Shown piece by piece: positions 10,046 through 17,627 of a stretch of 64,000 bases of DNA; position 1 is the first letter of the stretch; each line of letters opens with the position of its first letter. Made by a program: the position numbers and the translations under genes. Origin of the DNA: an uncultured Gammaproteobacteria bacterium (GTDB lineage: Bacteria; Patescibacteriota; Microgenomatia; Woykebacterales; RBG-16-39-9b). The notes beneath the pieces are model-generated. The model was not told the DNA's origin and made no database searches. It was given only the letters and a program-made list of their open reading frames with translations. Location: positions 36,919 through 100,918 of the forward strand of contig CAYIWY010000003.1 of NCBI GenBank assembly GCA_964367355.1, written 5' to 3'.

Positions 10046-10080
10046 TTGACAAATTGTACACAAAGTAGTACAAATTATGT
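10046..10080 (+). promoter_or_regulatory. Putative promoter/operator of the phd-relE pair 2 (TTGACA, TGTACA inverted repeats)
   Basis: TTGACA at 10046-10051, 17-nt spacer, TACAAA; TTGTAC...GTACAA inverted repeat overlaps the spacer. The TSS would fall at or near the ATG (leaderless). Confidence 0.4.
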
Positions 10081-10335
10081 ATGAGTGACTTAATATCTAT
10101 CTCCGATGCACGAACCAATCTTCCCGACCTTGTTACTAAGGTTAGTAACAATATGAGTAGGGTAATAATTACTGTTAACGGCAAGCCCAGAGCTACCCTT
10201 GTGAGTTCCGAAGAGTTAGAATCCCTTGAGGAAACAGCAGAAATTCTTTCTATTCCAGGTGCAAAGAAAAGTATTACGGAAGGCTTGAAACAGGCAAAAA
10301 AGGGACAAGGTATTTCTCTAAGCCAGTTAAAATAA
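10081..10335 (+). CDS. Phd/YefM-family antitoxin
   Basis: ISISDARTNLPDLV...VNGKPRATLVSSEELESLEETAEIL. Confidence 0.8.
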   Translation: MSDLISISDARTNLPDLVTKVSNNMSRVIITVNGKPRATLVSSEELESLEETAEILSIPGAKKSITEGLKQAKKGQGISLSQLK

Positions 10336-10339
10336 GCTT

Positions 10340-10588
10340 ATGGAAGTTATTATTACTCCAAAGGCTAGTAAGCTCTACAATCAAATTCCCAAAACTGAAC
10401 AACTTAAAATCAAAAAGAAACTTCTTGTACTTGATCATAATCCCTTTGATGGTAAGAAGCTTTCTGGAAATTTCTCAGGGTTAAGATCCTTGAGAGTATG
10501 GCCATATAGAATAATTTATTACGTCGACGAAAAGTTAAAGAAAGTATTTGTTGTTACAATTGCCCATCGACAAGGTGTGTACGAATAA
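10340..10588 (+). CDS. RelE/ParE-family toxin
   Basis: 82 aa; LRSLRVWPYRIIYYVD...VVTIAHRQGVY. Confidence 0.8.
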   Translation: MEVIITPKASKLYNQIPKTEQLKIKKKLLVLDHNPFDGKKLSGNFSGLRSLRVWPYRIIYYVDEKLKKVFVVTIAHRQGVYE

Positions 10589-10592
10589 ATAC

Positions 10593-10690
10593 TGTTAAGC
10601 CTTAGCCTTAGCCATATTTTCTTGGTGTGTCGGGCTATTTATATTACCACATTTTTTGAAGTGCTTGTTTAATGATATAGCATTAGATTC
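10593..10690. repeat. Diverged duplicate of the secA 3' end (copy 1)
   Basis: Reverse strand encodes ...SLNKHFKKCGNINSPTHQENMAKAKA*, near-identical to the last 16 codons of intact secA; ~85-90% nt identity to 13190-13260 and 11520-11606. Confidence 0.7.
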
Positions 10691-11094
10691 TTAGCGAATT
10701 TATTTTTTACTTTATTTAAGAGTTTCTCGTCAGCAGTATAAAAGTCTATTCCTAGATATTCGGCGAGTGCCAAATAAGAAGCATCGTAGGAGGATATGTT
10801 AAACTCGACTGCTGCCTCTAGTGTGGAAATTAAAAGTTCAGAAGTTGAGTAACTTACTAAGTCAAGAGATAAAAAGCCTTTATAAGCTTGGTTTGCTAGG
10901 GTCTTTTCAACCCTTAAGGTAGTTATTGCTGTTTTTAATATGTTGTTTAGTTCGTAGTAAATTAAGGTTGGGACGCAAATTCTTAATTGGCCTTCAATAA
11001 AGTCTTTTTGGATTTGAAGAGCTGTTTCGGAATTTTCTTCAGAAGGGAAAAACCACTTGGCTACGACCGAAGAGTCAACAATGATAGTTTTCAC
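10669..11094 (-). CDS. PIN-domain toxin (VapC-like)
   Basis: MKTIIVDSSVVAKWF... N-terminal PIN signature with conserved acidic residues. Confidence 0.75.
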   Translation of the reverse strand: MKTIIVDSSVVAKWFFPSEENSETALQIQKDFIEGQLRICVPTLIYYELNNILKTAITTLRVEKTLANQAYKGFLSLDLVSYSTSELLISTLEAAVEFNISSYDASYLALAEYLGIDFYTADEKLLNKVKNKFAKNLMLYH

Positions 11095-11345
11095 CGTAGA
11101 TCTTTTTTAGAATTAGCGAGTAGCTCTCTTAGATCAAAATTACTTTCCTCTAGGCTACTTCTCAATCGGTTGATTGATTGTACTGCCTTTTTTTGGGAAT
11201 TAAGGTCTGTGACACGTTTCAATCCTGAAGCTAATGTATCATTAATCGTTTCTTGCAGAGTTGTGCTGCGTTCAAAGGCAATCGATCGAGACTGATCAAG
11301 AAGGTCTTTTCTAATTCTTATAGTAGTCCGTACGAAGTTTTTCAT
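11091..11345 (-). CDS. VapB-type antitoxin (putative)
   Basis: 84 aa, overlaps the PIN gene by 4 nt, upstream position. Confidence 0.5.
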   Translation of the reverse strand: MKNFVRTTIRIRKDLLDQSRSIAFERSTTLQETINDTLASGLKRVTDLNSQKKAVQSINRLRSSLEESNFDLRELLANSKKDLR

Positions 11346-11380
11346 AACTAAAACCTAGCATCTTGTCATCAAGATGTCAA

Positions 11381-11399
11381 TATATATATATATATATAT
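11381..11399. repeat. (TA)9 dinucleotide microsatellite
   Basis: tatatatatatatatatat directly upstream (minus strand) of the vapBC operon start. Confidence 0.9.
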
Positions 11400-11430
11400 T
11401 TTTAATGTCCTCGGTAACTTTGTAGATACC

Positions 11431-11606
11431 ACAAGGAGGTAATAAGTTATAGATCTCTTCGAGCTCTGCGTCCACTTTGTGGGCTAAAACACCCTGAAAT
11501 TAGTGGCGTTTTAGGCTTTAGCCTTGGCCAAATTTTCTTGATGTGTCGGGCTATTTATATTTCCACATTTTTTGAAGTGCTCTTTTAATGGGATACACAT
11601 AGATTC
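11431..11606. repeat. Diverged duplicate of the secA 3' end plus its 3' flank (copy 2, most complete)
   Basis: Reverse strand encodes ...MCIPLKEHFKKCGNINSPTHQENLAKAKA* then ~90 nt matching the region downstream of the secA stop (13110-13189). Confidence 0.7.
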
Positions 11607-11692
11607 AATATATGATTAATAACAAAATGTTGCAACTTTTTAAGACGTATGATAATATGACGATGGTTCTGAAAAGAACCCCATAATTTGCT

Positions 11693-11737
11693 AACTCCCC
11701 CCAGTTCTTTACGACCTGGGGGTTTTTGGTTGCTAAA
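11693..11737 (+). terminator. Rho-independent terminator-like hairpin (CCCCCCAG...CTGGGGG + TTTTT)
   Basis: 7-8 bp GC stem, ~10-nt loop, T5 run; nothing obvious upstream on + strand except a 24-codon ORF. Confidence 0.4.
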
Positions 11738-11767
11738 AACTATTATCACTTATAGAATAGATAGGTT

Positions 11768-12307
11768 ATGAAAAAGGTCTTAGTACAATTTGACGGTAGT
11801 AATTTCTACAACAAGGTTAAAAAACTTTTGCCTTCTACTCATTTAACAAATTTTGATTACGCTGGTTTGGCCAAATCTATTATAGAAGATAAACAAGCAG
11901 AGATTACTTATTATGTTGGTGAGATAAGAAAATACCCAGGAAACAAAAAATCTCAAAGTCTTTATGCGAACCAACAGTCACTTTTCCTAAACTTAAGAAA
12001 GCAGGGACTTGAAGTAAAACTTGGCTACCTTTTGTTTTCTGGCGGAGTTTATCACGAAAAAGGTGTTGATGTTCAAATTGCGGTTGATATTGTTCGCGGA
12101 GCTATCAAAAATGAGTATGATAAATGCTACTTAATTTCCTCAGACACAGACCTTTTACCAGCTATTCAAACTGCTAAAGATGAGGGCAAACAGATTATTT
12201 ATGTTGGATTTGAGAATTTTATCAGCCGAGCACTTGCTAATAATTGTTCGTCTAGCGTAATTCTTAAAAAGAAGCAGATTCAGGTTTTTTCTGAAAAAGT
12301 TGAATAA
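11768..12307 (+). CDS. NYN-domain (LabA/PIN-like) putative RNase
   Basis: VLVQFDGSNFYNK ... VDVQIAVDIV ... ISSDTDLLPAIQ...GKQII: conserved Asp framework of NYN/LabA domains. Confidence 0.65.
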   Translation: MKKVLVQFDGSNFYNKVKKLLPSTHLTNFDYAGLAKSIIEDKQAEITYYVGEIRKYPGNKKSQSLYANQQSLFLNLRKQGLEVKLGYLLFSGGVYHEKGVDVQIAVDIVRGAIKNEYDKCYLISSDTDLLPAIQTAKDEGKQIIYVGFENFISRALANNCSSSVILKKKQIQVFSEKVE

Positions 12308-12326
12308 ATAAAAATCCCCTTTACAC

Positions 12327-12335
12327 CCCCCCCCG
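12327..12335. repeat. Poly-C homopolymer tract (C9) in the intergenic region upstream of 12364 ORF
   Basis: cccccccccc run. Confidence 0.9.
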
Positions 12336-12363
12336 TTTCTTTTGCTACCACCAAAATGCTAAA

Positions 12364-13071
12364 ATGGCAGCTATGGTTACAGGTGAATACCAACTTAAAC
12401 AAAAAGAACTTTTTGATAATTTGGAGGCGAAGCTCAAAAAAGGTGAGAGCTCTGTTACACTAGTTGAACCAGTTAAAGACTACGTCAACGACAGGAGAAC
12501 CTGTTTAACAAGTGTCGTTTTTATCCCGACAGAACTTCAAGAGAAAATATTAGATAAGGTTATTAGCCCTCTTAAAGAAGCGGATACTAGGCAATACTAT
12601 TACGTTCCAAACTCTTTTCATTTAACAATTCAAAACATAAAAACAATCAACGAGCCGCCTTCTTTTAATGAAAATGATATTGAACTAGCAAGGGAAGTAT
12701 TTCAGGAGGTAATTTCCAAGTTTAAATCTATTAATTTTCAAATAGCAGGGATTTTTGAACTTCCCACTAGTTTATCCCTACGTGCGTATTCTGACGAAAC
12801 ACTAAAAGATTTGGCTTTAGCTTTAAGAAAAAAGTTGAAAGAAGCTGGTGTGCCTGATAACAAAACATATGCTTCAGAGGAGGTAGTGTTCGGTAATATC
12901 AGTATTTCTAGATATACTTCTGATCCTAATCAGGCTTTCTTTGAGCAAGTGGAACAATTAAAGAACGTTGAGATAGGGGTTTTAAAAGCCTTTACGGTTT
13001 CTTTAATCACAACTAATTCTATTTGCCACCCAGATAAAACGAAAATTATTGAGAAATTCAATTTGCAATAG
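12364..13071 (+). CDS. Hypothetical protein, possibly degenerate 2H-phosphoesterase (LigT-like) fold
   Basis: One clear HxTx motif (FHLTIQN) and a second position with N in place of H (GNISISRY). Weak call. Confidence 0.25.
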   Translation: MAAMVTGEYQLKQKELFDNLEAKLKKGESSVTLVEPVKDYVNDRRTCLTSVVFIPTELQEKILDKVISPLKEADTRQYYYVPNSFHLTIQNIKTINEPPSFNENDIELAREVFQEVISKFKSINFQIAGIFELPTSLSLRAYSDETLKDLALALRKKLKEAGVPDNKTYASEEVVFGNISISRYTSDPNQAFFEQVEQLKNVEIGVLKAFTVSLITTNSICHPDKTKIIEKFNLQ

Positions 13072-13109
13072 CTTTGAAGCCAAAAACTTGATATTTGAGT
13101 AAAAAATTT

Positions 13110-13189
13110 GAGACTCCACATGGAGGTCATAAGTTATAGATCGCTTCGCGCCCTGCGACCACTGGTAGTTTAGAGAAATCAGTGGCGTT
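13110..13189 (-). other. secA 3' flank (3' UTR) conserved with copy 2; contains hairpins
   Basis: ~85% identical to the corresponding part of 11431-11520; CCACUG...CAGUGG and CUCCA-UG-UGGAG stems. Confidence 0.4.
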
Positions 13190-15898
13190 TTAGGCTTTAG
13201 CCTTGGCCATATTTTCTTGATGTGTCGGGCTATTTATTAAACCACAACGTTTATACTTTAGACCACTACCGCACGGACAAGGGTCGTTGCGGCCGATTTT
13301 GTCGTCAGTGCGAACTACACGAGTTACGGTTGGGGCGGAAGTTGACGAGCTCGATGTGGTGGTGTGTTGGTGGCCCTCGTGACCTTTTTGCTGTTCTTGA
13401 GGAGCGATTTGAACTTTATAAATTCGGTGGGCGATTTCAAAATCAATATTGTGAATCAACTCTTCAAAAAGCTTGAAAGCCTCGGCTTTGTACTCGACTA
13501 GTGGATCCTTGCCGGCATAACCGCGCAGGCCGACCCCTTCACGAAGTTCATCAACATCGTCAAGATGGTTGACCCAAAGAGTATCGATCACGGAAATCAT
13601 AACCAGTTTTTCGATTTCACGTTCTATTTCTGATCCTACTTGTTTTTCTCTTCCGTCAAAAACTTCATGGGCGATGTTTGTTAACGACTCTTTTATTTTG
13701 GTCGGGAATTTTTCTTCTTTAATTTTTTCAGCTAAAGACTTTTTGGTTGGTTCGTCAAAGGGAATAATAGTTACAAATTCATTTAAAATTCTTTCTTCCT
13801 CGACTGTTTCAGCTTCACCGGTTGCAAGATCAACTAAGCTTTCTATTTCAACATCAATTTTTTCCAGGATTCTTTCTTTTAGTTCTTTTTGAGCCTCTAC
13901 TTTATTTTCGTTTTGACGATCCCCAAGTTTCAGAATTTCGCGGCGCATTGAGTAGATTATTTCTCGTTGCTTATTCATTACATCGTCATATTCGACAACT
14001 CGTTTTCGAGCGTCGAAGTTTTGGCCCTCGACTCGGGACTGGGCTGATTCAATCGCTTTGCTCACAAGGCCTGCTTCGATCGGAACCTCGTCAGGCAATT
14101 TGAAAGCGTTCATGACTCGCTCGACAGCGTCTCCACCGAAAAGTCGCATCACATCATCTTGCAAAGAAACAAAGAAACGAGTTGAACCAGGATCACCTTG
14201 TCTTCCGGAACGACCACGAAGTTGGTTGTCGATTCGACGAGCCTCGTGTCTTTCGCTTCCAATAACGTGCAAGCCTCCAAGTTTGGCAACACCTTTGCCA
14301 AGTTTGATATCGACTCCACGTCCGGCGATATTGGTTGCTAGTGTAACTGCCCCTTCTTGTCCGGCAGCAGCAATAATTTGTGCTTCATGTTCATGATTTT
14401 TGGCGTTCAAAAGTTCAAACGGAACACCCCTTCGTTTTAGAAGATCACCAAGTAGTTCATTTTTTTCGATTGAAGTTGTTCCAACCAAAACTGGTTGTCC
14501 TATTTTATGCTTCCCGGCAATATCTTCAATAATCGCGCTGTACTTACCCTTTTCGTTTTTGTAGACCAGATCAGAAAGATCCTCTCTGATCGTGGGTCTA
14601 TTGGTTGGAATTACAACAGCATCAAGTTTGTAAACTTTATGAAATTCTTCAGCTGAGGTAACCGCAGTTCCGGTCATCCCGGCTAATTTATTGTACAGTC
14701 GGAAATAATTTTGGAAAGAAACTGTTGCCATGGTTTGACTTTCACGTTGAATCTCGACCCCTTCTTTGGCTTCGATTGCTTGGTGCAGGCCTTCGCTGTA
14801 ACGGCGGCCGGGCATTAGTCGGCCGGTAAACTCGTCAACGATGATGACCTCACCTTCTTTAACAACATAGTCTCGATCTTTGAAAAAAAGAGTTCGGGCT
14901 TTGAGCGCTTCTTCAATGTGATGGACGCTGTCAAAATCTTTTTCATATAAATTATCGACTCCGGTCATGCGTTCGATTTTGGAAATTCCAATTTCAGTTA
15001 AATTGGCAGTTTTCATTTTTTCGTCAACTACGTAATCAGTCTTGTCGGTCAATTTGTCGATGATTTTGGCAAACTCGTAGTATTTTTCAGTTGATTCCTC
15101 AGCGGCTTGGGAAATAATTAACGGTGTTCTGGCTTCATCGATCAAGATCGAATCGACTTCGTCAACAATCGCAAAATTCAAATCTCGCTGGACCATATTG
15201 TGTAGATCTTGGGCCATATTGTCGCGGAGATAGTCAAAACCGTACTCATTGTTGGTGCCATAAGTAATATCAGCTAGATAAGCCTGATTGCGGTTAACTT
15301 CTCTCAAAAATTTTCCGACACCTAAGCCTTCTTGCTCCGGGGAAAGTGATTCTTCCGGATCCATCTTCACCTCGACTTCCTCAGTTGCGGGTGTCTTTGG
15401 GTCAGGATCAAAAACGTAGGATACTTCATGGTTGATTACTCCAACTGAAACTCCCAGTGCGTGAAATATCGGTCCCATCCACTCAGCATCACGTTTTGCC
15501 AGATAATCATTTACAGTAACTAAATGAACACCTTTGCCTTCAAGTGCATTTAGATAGAGGGGGAGAGTAGCAACTAAAGTTTTTCCTTCTCCGGTACGCA
15601 TTTCCGTAATTTTTCCTTGGTGAAGCATTATCCCACCCATGAGCTGAACGTCGAAATGACGTTGTCCGATGCTGCGACGGGCAGCTTCCCGAACTGCCGC
15701 AAAAGCTTCTGGAAGTAGTTCATTAAGTGTTTCACCATCGCTTAAACGTTTTTTAAATTCGCCTGTTACAGCCTTTAATTTTGAATTTGAGAGTTTTTTA
15801 AAATCAGCTTCGTGGGAGTTAGTTAGCTCAACAAAAGCTTTTAGTTTTTTAATTTCACGTTCGTTTGAATCTAGTAAATTTCCAAGTATTTTGAACAT
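13190..15898 (-). CDS. secA: Preprotein translocase ATPase SecA
   Basis: 902 aa; DEAD motor motifs (MRTGEGKTL, LVTVNDYLAKRD, DEVDSILIDEARTPLIIS); C-terminal zinc finger CPCGSGLKYKRC followed by an unusual 16-aa extension shared with the duplicated fragments. Confidence 0.95.
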   Translation of the reverse strand: MFKILGNLLDSNEREIKKLKAFVELTNSHEADFKKLSNSKLKAVTGEFKKRLSDGETLNELLPEAFAAVREAARRSIGQRHFDVQLMGGIMLHQGKITEMRTGEGKTLVATLPLYLNALEGKGVHLVTVNDYLAKRDAEWMGPIFHALGVSVGVINHEVSYVFDPDPKTPATEEVEVKMDPEESLSPEQEGLGVGKFLREVNRNQAYLADITYGTNNEYGFDYLRDNMAQDLHNMVQRDLNFAIVDEVDSILIDEARTPLIISQAAEESTEKYYEFAKIIDKLTDKTDYVVDEKMKTANLTEIGISKIERMTGVDNLYEKDFDSVHHIEEALKARTLFFKDRDYVVKEGEVIIVDEFTGRLMPGRRYSEGLHQAIEAKEGVEIQRESQTMATVSFQNYFRLYNKLAGMTGTAVTSAEEFHKVYKLDAVVIPTNRPTIREDLSDLVYKNEKGKYSAIIEDIAGKHKIGQPVLVGTTSIEKNELLGDLLKRRGVPFELLNAKNHEHEAQIIAAAGQEGAVTLATNIAGRGVDIKLGKGVAKLGGLHVIGSERHEARRIDNQLRGRSGRQGDPGSTRFFVSLQDDVMRLFGGDAVERVMNAFKLPDEVPIEAGLVSKAIESAQSRVEGQNFDARKRVVEYDDVMNKQREIIYSMRREILKLGDRQNENKVEAQKELKERILEKIDVEIESLVDLATGEAETVEEERILNEFVTIIPFDEPTKKSLAEKIKEEKFPTKIKESLTNIAHEVFDGREKQVGSEIEREIEKLVMISVIDTLWVNHLDDVDELREGVGLRGYAGKDPLVEYKAEAFKLFEELIHNIDFEIAHRIYKVQIAPQEQQKGHEGHQHTTTSSSSTSAPTVTRVVRTDDKIGRNDPCPCGSGLKYKRCGLINSPTHQENMAKAKA

Positions 15899-16001
15899 AA
15901 TTTTTCAAAGCAGCGCCTAGTATAACATTGGTGAGAAAAAAAGGCTAGAGTACTCTAAACGAGGTTCAAAATCAATAGTTGACAAAAAATTTCAATTAGC
16001 T

Positions 16002-16076
16002 ACTTTGCGAAGCAATGTGAGTGAAGTGATACTTTGCGAAGCAATGTGAGTGAAGTGATACTTTGCGAAGCAATGA
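16002..16076. repeat. Tandem direct repeat, 29-bp unit x 2.6 (ACTTTGCGAAGCAATGTGAGTGAAGTGAT)
   Basis: Two perfect and one partial unit; no spacers, so not CRISPR. Lies in the secA upstream region. Confidence 0.9.
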
Positions 16077-16135
16077 AACGATTCAGCTCTTGACAAAAAA
16101 TCTCTATCGTTTATTATCTTCTCGGGTGTTACCCT

Positions 16136-16170
16136 AACCCCGACTCTGCAAAGAGCCGGGGTCTTTTTTT
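16136..16170 (+). terminator. Rho-independent terminator-like hairpin just upstream of the RAYT gene
   Basis: AACCCCGACTCT-gcaa-AGAGCCGGGGT + CTTTTTTT; preceded by TTGACA-16-TATTAT. IS200-family left ends are known to carry such terminators. Confidence 0.5.
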
Positions 16171-16211
16171 CCTTTGACAAAATTCTACCCCAGGGGTATC
16201 CTGTCTATAGG

Positions 16212-16784
16212 ATGAGCACCCCTATTAGACATTTTCAACAAAATAGTTACTATCACGTTTTTAATAGAGGTAACCACAAAAGTGACATTTTTCTCAATCC
16301 GTACGATTATTTACGGTTTCTTGAAAAAATTGAAGAATATAAGGATAAATGTCAGATAAAAGTTTTGTGTTTCTGTTTAATGCCGAATCATTTTCATTTA
16401 CTTTTGCAACAACTCAGTGACATACCGTTGACTAAATTTATGCTTTCTCTATCAACAAGTTATTCAAAGTACTTCAATATTAAATATGACCAGGTTGGGA
16501 GACTGTTTCAGGAAAGATTTAGAGCGGTTGAAGTCACTACTGATGAATATTTGTTGTATCTTACAAAATATATTCATCTTAACCCAACTAAACTTAAAGT
16601 TGATATTACAAAATATAAATGGTCCAGTTTAAATAATTACATTGATTATAGCGAATGGGATTTTGTTGAACCTGAACCTATTCTCAACTATTTTTCACAA
16701 ATAAATCCGAAAAAAGATTATTTGAATTTTGTGTTGGAAAATATATCAAATGTTGTTGGAGTTGAGAAGTTGTTAATCGATTAG
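16212..16784 (+). CDS. REP-associated tyrosine transposase / IS200-like TnpA (Y1 HUH)
   Basis: YHVFNRGN ... CLMPNHFHLLLQ (HUH motif) ... LTKYIHLNP (catalytic Tyr region), collinear with RAYT family. Confidence 0.8.
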   Translation: MSTPIRHFQQNSYYHVFNRGNHKSDIFLNPYDYLRFLEKIEEYKDKCQIKVLCFCLMPNHFHLLLQQLSDIPLTKFMLSLSTSYSKYFNIKYDQVGRLFQERFRAVEVTTDEYLLYLTKYIHLNPTKLKVDITKYKWSSLNNYIDYSEWDFVEPEPILNYFSQINPKKDYLNFVLENISNVVGVEKLLID

Positions 16785-16866
16785 TCTTATAATGTTGCTA
16801 CCCCTGGGGTTGAGCGGGATGTTGTTGGGCTTTGACACAACCTTTCAGTTTAAGTAATCTTATAGA

Positions 16867-17583
16867 GTGAAAATAGTAATTATTATCCCCACCTATTGCG
16901 AAGCAGCCAATATTATCAAATTAATTCCCGCCATCAAAAAACAAAAATCTTTGAATATGTATGAACCAGAACTTTTGGTTGTTGATGACAATAGCCCTGA
17001 CAAAACAGCCGATATAGTCCGAAATTTTATGAAAACAGATGAAAGAATCCATTTACTTACGGGAAACAAAATGGGTTTGGGAGCAGCTTATATTCGGGGG
17101 ATGAAGTATGCGATTGAGAAACTTGCAGCTGAAGTTGTGGTCGAAACTGACGCCGATTTTTCTCACGATCCGGGCGATATTTCGAGATTAATAAGTGAAA
17201 TTGAAAAAGGAGCTACTTTTGTTATTGGCAGTCGCTATATCGAGGGTGGAAAAATCAAAAATTGGTCGTTTTTTCGCCATTGGCTGAGTGGTTTGGGAAA
17301 TATAGTTGTTCGCAAAGCTTTGGGGTTACAAGAAGTTCAAGATTGTACCGCCGGGTTTCGGGCAATAAAAACTGATTTGATCAAAAAAGTTAATCTTGAT
17401 TCAATCAAAGCCAATGGTTACGCTTTTCAAGTTTGGTTGCTTTACAGTGCCTGCAAAGTGGGTGCCAAAATTAAAGAAGTTCCAGTAGAATTTGTCGATC
17501 GGCAGGTCGGGAAGACGAAACTTGGGTTTTGGGATATAATTGAAGGAATTATTATTTTGTTCAAGTTAAGAACAATAAAGTAA
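16867..17583 (+). CDS. GT2 polyprenol-phosphate mannosyl/glycosyltransferase (DPM1-like)
   Basis: GTG start; IIIPTYCEAANI ... LLVVDDNSPDKT ... TDADFSHDP ... VIGSRY: DPM1/GtrB-type GT2 motifs (DxD, DADxSHxP). Confidence 0.8.
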   Translation: MKIVIIIPTYCEAANIIKLIPAIKKQKSLNMYEPELLVVDDNSPDKTADIVRNFMKTDERIHLLTGNKMGLGAAYIRGMKYAIEKLAAEVVVETDADFSHDPGDISRLISEIEKGATFVIGSRYIEGGKIKNWSFFRHWLSGLGNIVVRKALGLQEVQDCTAGFRAIKTDLIKKVNLDSIKANGYAFQVWLLYSACKVGAKIKEVPVEFVDRQVGKTKLGFWDIIEGIIILFKLRTIK

Positions 17584-17627
17584 CGCAATATATGGCAAGA
17601 TTCGGTAACATTTGGTAATATGTTGGT

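Larger units (their letters stand above)
16130..16812 (+). mobile_element. IS200/RAYT-like element: tyrosine (HUH) transposase flanked by REP-like palindromes
   Basis: TACCCCAGGGGTA at 16187-16199 and its reverse complement TACCCCTGGGGTT at 16798-16810 flank the tnpA-like ORF; terminator hairpin at the left end; ~680 bp total. Confidence 0.5.

Noticed and set aside
10593-11606. MITE/REP-type dispersed non-coding repeat interpretation of the 10593/11431/13118 repeats
   Set aside because: The reverse-strand translation of the copies reproduces the SecA C-terminal tail (…KKCGNINSPTHQEN.AKAKA*), so they are gene-end duplicates rather than an autonomous non-coding repeat family.
11612-11686. 24-codon ORF (MINNKMLQLFKTYDNMTMVLKRTP) followed by a terminator hairpin
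   Set aside because: No Shine-Dalgarno, AT-rich context, too short to support; the terminator may belong to an unannotated transcript but coding is unsupported.
13222-14396. Several plus-strand ORFs (84-112 aa) inside secA
   Set aside because: Antisense to a highly conserved secA coding region; Ser/Pro-rich junk translations.
16002-16076. Possible CRISPR array
   Set aside because: Only 2.6 directly abutting copies of a 29-bp unit with no intervening spacers, so it is a simple tandem repeat.
15992-16180. 62-aa minus-strand ORF in the secA upstream region
   Set aside because: It spans the tandem repeats and the terminator hairpin; almost certainly a spurious ORF created by repeat sequence.
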